NCBI GenBank assembly: GCA_031286305.1
Contig: JAITUM010000172.1
Location: forward strand, 1 to 32,000
Length of the DNA stretch: 32,000 nucleotides
Source of the DNA: Candidatus Fibrimonadaceae bacterium
GTDB lineage: Bacteria > Fibrobacterota > Fibrobacteria > Fibrobacterales > Fibrobacteraceae
Direction: 5' to 3'
Under the pieces are notes generated by a model, which worked only from the letters and a program-made list of their open reading frames with translations, had not been told where the DNA came from and did no database searches. The position numbers and the translations under genes are program-made. Of the stretch, positions 1-9,638 are shown in pieces; the stretch's first letter is position 1, and each line of letters starts with the position of its first letter.

Positions 1-1212
1 GGCAGGGTTTACGATAGGATTACGGTTCGCAAAGCGTATTACACAAGAGAGCCTCTACCTGTGGGTCAGGAGTATGAGTTTGCGAAAGAGTTTGAGGTGT
101 GGGCTAGGATTATCAAGGACAGCGAGGGGAGGGATATACATGTGTTTAGGAAGGAGGATGAGCTGCGTAAGTTTAGGAGGGATTCGAGTTTTTATTGGGA
201 TGGGTATTGGGAGGTGTTTGAGTTTGATGATTTAGCGAGGGAAACGAGGTATAGGACATCTTCGGGTACAAGGTCGCTACGGAAGTATGATGATAAAGAG
301 CGTTTAACGGAACGCTATATGATGGGCGAAAACGGAGATACATTGACGTCTGAACGCTACGAATGGAAGAACGGCAGATTGACTCGCATGACAGCTAACG
401 GTGTTGTGAGGAATTATATTTACGGGAAGACTTTGCAGGATATGGTTCGTGTTGTACCTTCGGATGAAGGATTTAATTTCCATCGCGGCTATAATGGCAC
501 GGCAGGGAAAATTCCGGAGGAGGGAACTCCTGAATATGAGATATTCGCTATGGAACCTTATGGGCACGTGTATTTTGGGGATTATGATGAAGAGGACGAT
601 GAATTATTGGATGAAAATTTTGTTGCTAGAAATTCTAGTTCGCCAAATATTTTGGCAAGAACCATTAACTATGGTTGCGTGACTGAAAATACAACTATTA
701 CGCCTAGATTGCCCAAGGCGCAATGCATTAGATACGAAAAGAAAGATATTCCAAACAATGCTCCTAAGAATGGTCTTTATGGACACGCAGACGCTCAGTT
801 ATTTATAAGTTTTAGTTGCGAATGCAATGCGGCTACTGGAAAATATCTGCCTTTATTTAAAGCTAGAACTGTCAATGAAAAGATAGAAGTATATCAGTCT
901 GTTTGGAGGTATAATTTTTTAAATAAAGGTTGGCATGAATTTTGTTGGGGACCGAATGATCTACAGATCACTTATGCTCATGAAGCTCAACATATTAAAA
1001 ACGCAAGGTACGTCGCTAATCGTATTGAGACATTTACCTCAGGATTTACTTATGACACAAAGAAAAGATGCGAAGAAGGCGGCAAGAAAGAACGTGAAAA
1101 CCGAATTAAAACATGGAGCATTTGGTATGAATGGGAACAGAAACACAAAAGCGAAGACCCTGTAAGCCCTAAACAAAAAATAGGAGTCGTATATGAAATT
1201 TCCTGCTATTAA
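1..1212 (+). CDS. Rhs/YD-repeat polymorphic toxin, C-terminal part (gene continues upstream of the window) with an HExxH-containing C-terminal tip
   Basis: Frame 1 is open from base 1, with no stop before the GTG at 61 used by the ORF track. YD-type repeat units: GRVYDRITVRKAYY, RYRTSSGTRSLRKYDDKERLTERY, ERYEWKNGRLTRMTANGVVRNYIYG. After an acidic stretch (DYDEEDDELLDE) the last ~200 aa are non-repetitive and contain YAHEAQHIKN (H-E-x-x-H). Confidence 0.6.
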   Translation, partial: GRVYDRITVRKAYYTREPLPVGQEYEFAKEFEVWARIIKDSEGRDIHVFRKEDELRKFRRDSSFYWDGYWEVFEFDDLARETRYRTSSGTRSLRKYDDKERLTERYMMGENGDTLTSERYEWKNGRLTRMTANGVVRNYIYGKTLQDMVRVVPSDEGFNFHRGYNGTAGKIPEEGTPEYEIFAMEPYGHVYFGDYDEEDDELLDENFVARNSSSPNILARTINYGCVTENTTITPRLPKAQCIRYEKKDIPNNAPKNGLYGHADAQLFISFSCECNAATGKYLPLFKARTVNEKIEVYQSVWRYNFLNKGWHEFCWGPNDLQITYAHEAQHIKNARYVANRIETFTSGFTYDTKKRCEEGGKKERENRIKTWSIWYEWEQKHKSEDPVSPKQKIGVVYEISCY

Positions 1213-1921
1213 AGCTATCGTATTTATTTTTTGCTTTGTATTTACCCATAGCGTTTTTGCTGTTAGCGGATATTGCGACACGACATGGTACCATACACAT
1301 GAAAGCATTAGAGTTACTGAAAATGACGGCATAACGACAACCAGCAAGCATATTTCTCTTCATGCAGGTTCGCATCCGCTTGGAGATTCAGATGTTCCTT
1401 ACAAACGCATTATAACGATACATGACAGCGCAGGCAGCTTATTATTTTCCAAGCACTACACGTGGGAAAGAAGAAGGCTTGTGCAAACTATAGATGACGG
1501 CGTTGTCAGGAATATTATCTCAGGCAAAACGCCTTGCGATTTTACGGTTGTTGAACCTTCTGGCGATTCTATTTCTTTTCATTTGGACCCTGAAAAAGAT
1601 TCTGAGAATATCCTTTTTCAGAATGATCTTGAAATCATTTTTTTCATGTATGGTCAGAATATTACGTTTCCTAATCTTGGAAACTTTCCTGAGTATAGTG
1701 CGCTTGATGCAATAATGTATTATTGGTATCATTCCTGCAAGAGATACCACGAAGAGCTGAAAGCAGCTGGACTTAATATGAAACTAAATACATCTATAAA
1801 AGAAGATGGGAATTCCCATGCACTATTGTATAAATACTATGTGATGCTTGTAATAAGTATTATTATTGTAAGTATTGTGATAATACACAAAAAGCGGAAG
1901 ATGGGAAAGCAAATGGAATGA
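1193..1921 (+). CDS. Exported paralog 1 downstream of the Rhs tip (candidate immunity or orphan-cassette protein) with C-terminal membrane anchor
   Basis: ATG 1193 follows TAGGAG and overlaps the Rhs stop by 20 nt. Signal-like N-terminus MKFPAIKAIVFIFCFVFTHSVFA. Segment FSKHYTWERRRLVQTIDDGVVRNIISGKTPCDFTVVEPSGDSISFH parallels the last YD unit of the Rhs protein. C-terminal hydrophobic VMLVISIIIVSIVII is followed by HKKRK. Confidence 0.55.
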   Translation: MKFPAIKAIVFIFCFVFTHSVFAVSGYCDTTWYHTHESIRVTENDGITTTSKHISLHAGSHPLGDSDVPYKRIITIHDSAGSLLFSKHYTWERRRLVQTIDDGVVRNIISGKTPCDFTVVEPSGDSISFHLDPEKDSENILFQNDLEIIFFMYGQNITFPNLGNFPEYSALDAIMYYWYHSCKRYHEELKAAGLNMKLNTSIKEDGNSHALLYKYYVMLVISIIIVSIVIIHKKRKMGKQME

Positions 1922-1989
1922 ATGGTACGCTCGGGAACAACGTCATGAAAATAAAGAGCCAGTAAGTCCAAAAAAAGGAGGATTTAGAT

Positions 1990-2502
1990 TTGACCACTCT
2001 TGCAATTAAAATTACAATCGTTTTTTGCTTGGTATTTAGCCAAAGCATTTTTGCTGATAGCGGGCCGGTTATTACTAATATGCAACCTTTCCAGAATGTT
2101 AGCCGCGACACAAATAAAATCGGAATGGTAAAAACAGAAACAGCTATCTATCACGGCGAAAACGATTTTGAAATCATTGTGATGATACATAACCACAAAG
2201 ATAGCTTGGTGCATTCCAAGCACCATGTATGGAAAGAAGGCAAGCTAGTGCAAGAAATAAACAATGGTGTTTCTAGAACTATAATTTCCGGCGACACATC
2301 TTGCAGTTTTGCGATTGTTGAACCGCCTAGCGATACTGTTTATTTTCATTTGGACCCAAAAAAAGAGCCTAATAAATTTCCTGAAACAGAAATAGAACAA
2401 ATTTTTTCAAATTCAAATTCAGAAATACTGCCTAAATACAAATATGAAGCAATATTATATATCAGATGGAATAGTGGATGTAGGTATCGCAGTGGATTTT
2501 AG
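1990..2502 (+). CDS. Exported paralog 2 of the same family
   Basis: TTG start 7 nt after AAGGAGG. Signal-like MTTLAIKITIVFCLVFSQSIFA. Shares HSKHHVWKEGKLVQEINNGVSRTIISGDTSCSFAIVEPPSDTVYFHLDPKKE with paralog 1. Confidence 0.5.
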   Translation: MTTLAIKITIVFCLVFSQSIFADSGPVITNMQPFQNVSRDTNKIGMVKTETAIYHGENDFEIIVMIHNHKDSLVHSKHHVWKEGKLVQEINNGVSRTIISGDTSCSFAIVEPPSDTVYFHLDPKKEPNKFPETEIEQIFSNSNSEILPKYKYEAILYIRWNSGCRYRSGF

Positions 2503-2800
2503 TAAAATTAAAACTATCATATTTGTTTTTTGCTTTGTATTTACCCAAAGCATTTTTGCAGATGTTTGCGATTTTACAGTAGTTGAATCTTCAGGTGAAA
2601 CAACAGTCTTTCATTTTAATGACATGGAAAATGACTCTGAATATGAAAAACTTAAAAAATTCCCCCATGCAGTTGAAATAACTATAAAAGGTCAATTATT
2701 AGAATGTGAAAAATACAAGAAATATAAAGAATATTTAAAGGATATAGAGTGGATGGATCAATTTATTAGATGTTTGGATAAAGAGGAATCTTGTGATTAA
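2492..2800 (+). CDS. Exported paralog 3, shortened (signal peptide joined directly to the CDFTVVE segment)
   Basis: In-frame GTG at 2492 gives (M)DFSKIKTIIFVFCFVFTQSIFA. 22 nt (ttttttgctttgtatttaccca, 2526-2547) are identical to 1227-1248 of paralog 1. DVCDFTVVESSGETTVFHF matches TPCDFTVVEPSGDSISFHL. The ORF track extends it to 2444, so the start is uncertain. Confidence 0.45.
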   Translation: MDFSKIKTIIFVFCFVFTQSIFADVCDFTVVESSGETTVFHFNDMENDSEYEKLKKFPHAVEITIKGQLLECEKYKKYKEYLKDIEWMDQFIRCLDKEESCD

Positions 2801-3198
2801 ATACACAAGAAGCTCAAAAAAAAAAAGAACTAAAAAATGAATAAGCGCTCTCCAAAGTCAAGGCTTCCTGCTCCCAAGTTTACGGGCAAGCTGCCGACTC
2901 GTTCTAAGGGTCGCGAGTATGAGTTTGCACAGGCACTCCGTTCCAGCTCGGGAATGCTTTCCCTCTTCTGCTGACCCGTGAGGGCAGCCCAAATTAGGTG
3001 AGCAAACAAGAGCCTGATGCACTAAAAAGAACTATCTCCCTCATCAATTCATCGTGGCTTTCTGCTACTTGTCTGCGGTGCAAAACGTGGTGACATAGTT
3101 GCAGGAAATAGCCAAAAGAAAAAATTAAGGTGCGTATGCTGGCTACAGGGGAAAGCCCTCCGCTCATCACAATAGTTTTTTCTATATTACACCCATAA

Positions 3199-4506
<1,308 letters not shown>

Positions 4507-4534
4507 CACGTGTTTAGCGTTTACAAAGTAAGTT

Positions 4535-5653
4535 ATGCATGAGAATTCAGAAATATACTGGAATACCGATCGGAAAATGCGGCTTTTGTTTGCAGTTTCC
4601 GGTTTTTCGGTTTTCTTTCTGTTGCTATATCATTTGGCTGATGTTCTTACGCCATTTGTTATAGCATTTTTACTTGCATATATTTTAAATCCTCTTGTAA
4701 ATCTTTTACAGAAAAAAGTTAAACACAGATGGCTGGCATCCCTTTTGGTGCTTCTTGCTTTGGCTGTTGTTCTCATTGGGGCTGCTCTGACGCTTGCTCC
4801 CATGATAGTTGAACAGATTGTGCAGCTGGGGCGTTTATTGCAAAAATACGCAAGCGATGGCACGTGGAGAGAAACTCTTATTGAATATCTTCCAAAAGGT
4901 GTTTGGGAAAAAATACAACATGTATGGGAAGATATATGGGAAGAAAAGAATTTTATGCCTGTTTGGCTTGCGCTTCAAAATTTTGATTTGATGACAATTG
5001 TGCAAAATATTTTAGGAAAGATTGTGCCGGGTGCAGTAGGTGTATTTTCCGGAGTTGGTAAAATGCTTGCGTGGTTTTTCGGCGTTTTTATGATAACCTT
5101 ATGTTTGGTGTTTATGCTGTTGGATTTTGAAAAGATGAAGGCAACGTTATCTGCGCAAATTCCGCAAAAACATTCCAAAGAAATTTTAAATTTTTTCCGT
5201 TCCTTTGATAGCATAATGGGTAAGTATTTTAGGGCGCAAACTTCTGTTGCGGCAACGGTTGGGGTGCTTTTTTCAATATCGTTCAGCATAATGAAGTTGC
5301 CTATGGGGCTTCCTTTCGGGCTTCTTATAGGCGCATTAAATATGGTGCCGTATTTGCAAGTGGTAAGCATTCCCGTAGCGATATTCTTAGGGTTAATTTA
5401 TTCACTTGAAACGGGAATGGCTTTTTGGCAGGTGGTTTTGATAATAACTGCAATTTATGCTGGCATTCAAATTCTGCAAGATTCGGTGATAGTTCCAAAA
5501 ATAATGGGCGGCACGCTTGGTCTTTCGCCCATTTTGATTTTGCTTTCTCTTGCAGTTTGGGGAAAATTACTGGGTTTTTTAGGCTTGGTGTTAGCCATTC
5601 CATTCACCTGCGTAATCATAGCCACATATAAAAGCGTTCGTGAGAGGAAATAA
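4535..5653 (+). CDS. AI-2E family (PerM/YhhT-like) membrane permease
   Basis: 372 aa with about 8 hydrophobic segments. The architecture and C-terminal region (VPKIMGGTLGLSPILILLSLAVWGKLLGFLGLVLAIP) are typical of the AI-2E transporter family. Confidence 0.75.
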   Translation: MHENSEIYWNTDRKMRLLFAVSGFSVFFLLLYHLADVLTPFVIAFLLAYILNPLVNLLQKKVKHRWLASLLVLLALAVVLIGAALTLAPMIVEQIVQLGRLLQKYASDGTWRETLIEYLPKGVWEKIQHVWEDIWEEKNFMPVWLALQNFDLMTIVQNILGKIVPGAVGVFSGVGKMLAWFFGVFMITLCLVFMLLDFEKMKATLSAQIPQKHSKEILNFFRSFDSIMGKYFRAQTSVAATVGVLFSISFSIMKLPMGLPFGLLIGALNMVPYLQVVSIPVAIFLGLIYSLETGMAFWQVVLIITAIYAGIQILQDSVIVPKIMGGTLGLSPILILLSLAVWGKLLGFLGLVLAIPFTCVIIATYKSVRERK

Positions 5654-5671
5654 CTTTTCTATCTTACTCTC

Positions 5672-6604
5672 ATGTCAAAAACTATTCTTTTATTTCCGGG
5701 GCAAGGTGCCCAATATGTTGGAATGGGCAAAGTTTTGTCCGAGACTTTTGAGCCTGCAAAGCAAATTCTGAAAAAAGCAGATGAGGTTTTGGGCTTTGAA
5801 CTTTCAAAAATAATGCAAGAAGGGCCGGAAGAGCTGCTTAAAAGCACTGATAACACACAACCCGCTCTTTATGTATGTTCATGCATGGCAATGGAACTCT
5901 TAAAAAGCAAGAACGTGGAGTTTGACTACGTTGCCGGTCACTCGCTTGGTGAATATTCTGCAATATATGCAGCGGGCGGCTTTTCGTTTGAAGACGGGCT
6001 TCGCCTTGTTAGGGTTCGCGGTGAGCTTATGGCCCAAGCCGGCGTGCTAAAACCCGGTGCAATGGCTGCAGTGCTCGGGCTTTCCGAAGAAGATTTGAAT
6101 GCCGTATTGGCTGAGGCGCAAAGTACAGGCGTTGTTGTTGCGGCGAATTTCAATTCGCCGGGGCAAATTGTGATTAGCGGTTCAAAAGAAGGCGTTGCAA
6201 AAGCTTCTGAAATTGCGAGCGCAAAAGGCGCGAAAAAAGTTGTTCCGCTCCCGGTTTCCGGTGCGTTTCATAGCCCCTTAATGGAATACGCTTTGGAAGG
6301 TTTAAAAGCCGCCATATCCAAAACGAGTTTCAGTGATTTGAAAGTTCCTGTGATTGCAAATGTGACCTCGCAAGCCGTGAGTGCCGGCTCGGAATTGCCG
6401 GAGCTTTTGACAAAGCAGCTCATTTCTCCCGTGCGTTGGCAGCAAGGAATGGAAACAGCAATTTCGCTTGGAGTCACAAAAGGAATTGAGGTTGGATCCG
6501 GCAAGGTTTTGATGGGTTTAATGCGCAGCATCAACCGTGATGTTCGAGTTCACCCTGTTGAAACAGAGGAGCAGCTCATTGCGGCTCTCGCAGCAGGCGA
6601 ATAG
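5672..6604 (+). CDS. fabD: Malonyl-CoA:ACP transacylase
   Basis: 310 aa. LFPGQGAQYVGMG N-terminus, active-site GHSLGEYSA, AFHSPLM motif. Confidence 0.95.
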   Translation: MSKTILLFPGQGAQYVGMGKVLSETFEPAKQILKKADEVLGFELSKIMQEGPEELLKSTDNTQPALYVCSCMAMELLKSKNVEFDYVAGHSLGEYSAIYAAGGFSFEDGLRLVRVRGELMAQAGVLKPGAMAAVLGLSEEDLNAVLAEAQSTGVVVAANFNSPGQIVISGSKEGVAKASEIASAKGAKKVVPLPVSGAFHSPLMEYALEGLKAAISKTSFSDLKVPVIANVTSQAVSAGSELPELLTKQLISPVRWQQGMETAISLGVTKGIEVGSGKVLMGLMRSINRDVRVHPVETEEQLIAALAAGE

Positions 6605-6633
6605 TTTTTTATGACAAAAATTAGGGTTTCTAG

Positions 6634-6662
6634 TTGACAAACCGGTCAAATATTTCTATATT
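6634..6662 (+). promoter_or_regulatory. Sigma-70-type promoter: TTGACA, 17 nt spacer, TATATT
   Basis: TTGACA at 6634-6639, exactly 17 nt spacer, TATATT at 6657-6662, about 30 nt upstream of the small ORF at 6693. The same TTGACA-N17-TATATT architecture recurs upstream of three other genes in the window. Confidence 0.5.
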
Positions 6663-6692
6663 TAAATTCCTGATACATAAACGGAGAATTTA

Positions 6693-6788
6693 ATGCCCTG
6701 CGGTAGAAAGAGAAAAAAGAGGAAAATCGCGACTCATAAGCGGAAAAAACGCCGCCGTCGCGATCGCCACAAAAAGAAGAATCGCTAA
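6693..6788 (+). CDS. 31-aa Arg/Lys-rich peptide resembling ribosomal protein bS22 / AURKAIP1-COX24-type small basic proteins
   Basis: ATG 6693 preceded by GGAG. Translation is MPCGRKRKKRKIATHKRKKRRRRDRHKKKNR, with 20 of 31 residues K/R. It is below the ORF-track cutoff and sits between fabD and rdgB behind a consensus promoter. Confidence 0.6.
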   Translation: MPCGRKRKKRKIATHKRKKRRRRDRHKKKNR

Positions 6789-6799
6789 TTGAGGCTTTT

Positions 6800-7405
6800 A
6801 TGCCCCAAGCTGTGGTTATAGCCACCGGCAACGCCGGCAAAGTGAGTGAGTTTTGCGCTATCCTTAAAGGTAGCGCATTTTCCTTTCTTGTGTCAAAAGA
6901 CGTTGGTTTTATTGAAGAAATCGAAGAAACAGCCCAAACTTTTAAAGGGAATGCCGAAATAAAGGCAAAAGCCGTTTTTGAATATGTGAGTCAAAAATAT
7001 AAGGATTATTGGGTTGTAGCAGACGATTCAGGGCTTGAGGTGGAGGCTTTGGGTGGCAGACCCGGAGTTTTTTCAGCCCGATATGCAGGCGAAAATGCCA
7101 CCGGCGTGGAACGATATACCAAGTTATTGCAAGAAATGGAGAGGCAAACCAATAGAAACGCCAGATTTGTTTGCAGCCTTTGTTTGATAAGACCGGGTCG
7201 CCGCCCGGAATTTTTTGAAGGAGAGTGCAGAGGCAGCATTTTACCCCAAGCTAGAGGGAGCGGCGGTTTTGGCTACGACCCTGTTTTTTTACCTGAAGGT
7301 TATAGCAATGGTTTTGGCGAAATGAGCGAAGAAGAAAAAAATGCTTTGAGCCACAGGGGTAGGGCTATAAGAAGCATGCTCGAGAGGTTAAATGCAGAGA
7401 CATAA
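6800..7405 (+). CDS. rdgB: Non-canonical purine NTP pyrophosphatase (RdgB/HAM1 family)
   Basis: 201 aa. VIATGNAGK N-terminus, DDSGLEV, FGYDPVF, and SHRGRA near the C-terminus. Confidence 0.9.
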   Translation: MPQAVVIATGNAGKVSEFCAILKGSAFSFLVSKDVGFIEEIEETAQTFKGNAEIKAKAVFEYVSQKYKDYWVVADDSGLEVEALGGRPGVFSARYAGENATGVERYTKLLQEMERQTNRNARFVCSLCLIRPGRRPEFFEGECRGSILPQARGSGGFGYDPVFLPEGYSNGFGEMSEEEKNALSHRGRAIRSMLERLNAET

Positions 7406-7817
7406 CAACAAAGTTTCTTGGAACAGGGTTATATTAAAGGCGATGCTGGAGTGCAAGCAACATAATATTGACCAGGTTTTTTTGAACTGCGAAGAGAAAT
7501 TTTGCAATTTGAAAGTCCCGGAAAAGGAAATGGAGCTTAGGCTGTTTGCTCTTGCTTTTTATTGTAATAAAATATATAATTGGAGTTTTTTTAGATCAGC
7601 AGTATTCCCTCGTTTTGCTGAGATTTTGAATGACGTTTATTTTACGCGAACAGCAAGAATACTTCTCGAAAAAGATAACCCGGCCCTGACTCTATTTTGG
7701 GCTATTTTCAGATTATCCTTAAAAAAACCTATTGAACGAAACCGCTATTTGTCCTTGGAAAAAAGAATGAAAGAAAAGTCTCTGAGGATACTTGCAGGGG
7801 ATTGTGGCATTTACTAG
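7392..7817 (+). CDS. Hypothetical protein
   Basis: 141-aa ORF overlapping the rdgB end by 14 nt and co-oriented with its neighbours. No motif recognised; the start is uncertain. Confidence 0.4.
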   Translation: MQRHNNKVSWNRVILKAMLECKQHNIDQVFLNCEEKFCNLKVPEKEMELRLFALAFYCNKIYNWSFFRSAVFPRFAEILNDVYFTRTARILLEKDNPALTLFWAIFRLSLKKPIERNRYLSLEKRMKEKSLRILAGDCGIY

Positions 7818-7826
7818 ATTTTCTCT

Positions 7827-9638
7827 ATGCAAAAAATACGCAATGTAGCAATAATAGCTCATGTTGATCATGGCAAAACAACGCTGGTTAACCAAATTTT
7901 AAAACAATGCGGAGCGTTTCGTGAACAGGAAGACGTAGCTGATAGGGTTATGGATTCCGGGGACTTGGAACGGGAACGAGGCATTACCATTTTGTCTAAA
8001 AATGCAAGCATTTTTTACAAAGAGCATCGAATAAATATTGTGGATACGCCGGGGCACGCAGATTTTGGCGGCCAGGTAGAGCGAATTTTAGGAACAGTGG
8101 ATGGCGTTCTGCTTGTTGTAGACGCATTTGAAGGACCTATGGCGCAAACTCGTTTTGTAACGCAAAAGGCACTTGAACTAGGGCTCATTCCAATAGTGGT
8201 TATCAATAAAATAGACCGCGATGGTTGCAACCCGAGTGGCACGCTCAATAAGGTTTTCGATTTGTTCTGCGATTTGAACGCAAACGATGAGCAACTTGAT
8301 TTTGGAGTGGTTTTTGCCAGTGGTCGCAAAGGGGTTTGCCGCTTGGGCATGAGCGAACCGGACACGGATTTGCGCCCATTGATGGACATGGTTTTGCAAA
8401 AAGTCCCCGCACCAAAAGGCGACCCTAACGGAACCCCGCTCTTGCAAATAGCCTCGCTTGAATACTCATCATTTTTAGGCCGCTTGGCAGTAGGGCGCAT
8501 TCAAAGGGGAACTTGGAAAGCCGGCTTGAGTGTTGTTCAGTCATTGCTCAGCGGTAAGTTCAAAAATATTCGCATTCAAAAAATTTTGCGTTATGAGGGC
8601 ATAAATCTGCAACCCGCAGAAGTTGCTGGTCCCGGTGATATTGTTTTGCTTTCGGGTTTGGAATCCTTTGATATAGGCGACACGCTCTCAGATATAAATT
8701 CGCCGGAATCTTTGACACGCCTCCAGCTTGACCCACCCACAATTTCAATGCTGTTCACCGTAAATACATCTCCGCTTGCCGGCAAGGGCGGCGGAAAATT
8801 TTTGACGGGCAACCATTTGCTTGAACGTTTGGAAAGAGCGTGCATGGCAGACCCTGCTTTGCGAATTGAAAAAACGGATGGCGCAAGCGCGTTTAATGTG
8901 AGTGGACGTGGTGTTATGCATCTCACAATTCTCATTGAAAATATGCGACGCGAGGGTTATGAGTTCACAATAGGCAGCCCGCAGGTGATTTTTGAAAGGG
9001 ACGAGAGCGATAATATTTTGGAACCTATTGAGCAGTTCAAGGTAGAGGTTCCGGCTGAGTTCAGCGGAGCGATTATTGAGGAATTGGGCAGGCGCAAAGG
9101 TGAGATGGTGAATATGATTCAAGACGATAACGACAGGGTTCATCTTGAATACAATGTGCCTAGCAGGGGTTTGATGGGAATAAGAAGTTTGTTGCTTTCG
9201 CTTTCAAAAGGTTATGCGGTATCCCAGTCCATTTTTTTGGAATACCAGCCACACAAAGGCGAAATTCCCAGCCGCACAAACGGCGTGTTAATTGCAAAAG
9301 ACCCCGGCATTGCGAGCGCTTATTCCCTGTGGAAACTCGAAGATCGCGGCCACATGATTATTCCGCCCGGTTCGGAAGTCTACGCCGGAATGATTGTTGG
9401 CGAGCACAATCGCGATGCGGATTTGATTGTGAACATTCTCAAGTCCAAGCAGTTAACGAATATACGAGCGGCCGGCAGCGATGACAATATTTTGTTAACA
9501 CCTTATCGCAAAATGAGCCTTGAGGAGTGCGTTACATTCATAAACGATGACGAGTGCGTTGAAGTTACGCCCAACGTTCTGCGCATACGCAAGAGCGAGT
9601 TAAACGAGCATAAAAGGAAAAGCAAAGCGGCTGTTTAA
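7827..9638 (+). CDS. typA: Translational GTPase TypA/BipA
   Basis: 603 aa. [34 protein letters not shown]-motifs and an EF-G-like C-terminal domain layout. Confidence 0.95.
   Translation: MQKIRNVAIIAHVDHGKTTLVNQILKQCGAFREQEDVADRVMDSGDLERERGITILSKNASIFYKEHRINIVDTPGHADFGGQVERILGTVDGVLLVVDAFEGPMAQTRFVTQKALELGLIPIVVINKIDRDGCNPSGTLNKVFDLFCDLNANDEQLDFGVVFASGRKGVCRLGMSEPDTDLRPLMDMVLQKVPAPKGDPNGTPLLQIASLEYSSFLGRLAVGRIQRGTWKAGLSVVQSLLSGKFKNIRIQKILRYEGINLQPAEVAGPGDIVLLSGLESFDIGDTLSDINSPESLTRLQLDPPTISMLFTVNTSPLAGKGGGKFLTGNHLLERLERACMADPALRIEKTDGASAFNVSGRGVMHLTILIENMRREGYEFTIGSPQVIFERDESDNILEPIEQFKVEVPAEFSGAIIEELGRRKGEMVNMIQDDNDRVHLEYNVPSRGLMGIRSLLLSLSKGYAVSQSIFLEYQPHKGEIPSRTNGVLIAKDPGIASAYSLWKLEDRGHMIIPPGSEVYAGMIVGEHNRDADLIVNILKSKQLTNIRAAGSDDNILLTPYRKMSLEECVTFINDDECVEVTPNVLRIRKSELNEHKRKSKAAV

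Noticed and set aside
2861-3113. Tested the GC-rich spacer as RNase P RNA, tmRNA or SRP RNA
   Set aside because: There is no GAGGAAAGUCC / ACAGAAnCCGGCUUA pair, no tRNA-like GGUUCGAnUCC...CCA end, and no GUCAGGUCCGGAAGGAAGCAGC motif on either strand. Resemblances such as CCGUAAACUUGGGAGCAGGAAGCC and GGGGAAAGCCC are too partial and wrongly spaced.
6760-6767. GCGATCGC (cyanobacterial HIP1 palindrome) noticed while considering a cyanobacterial origin for the heptamer repeats
   Set aside because: It was the only occurrence noticed, and it lies inside the basic micro-ORF, where CGC/CGA Arg codons explain it. The presence of rho and a futalosine-pathway gene also argues against typical cyanobacteria.
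8015-9143. Minus-strand ORFs inside typA (8015-8500, 8591-8935, 8745-9143)
   Set aside because: They lie antisense to an unambiguous GTPase gene and have no independent motif or ribosome-binding site.
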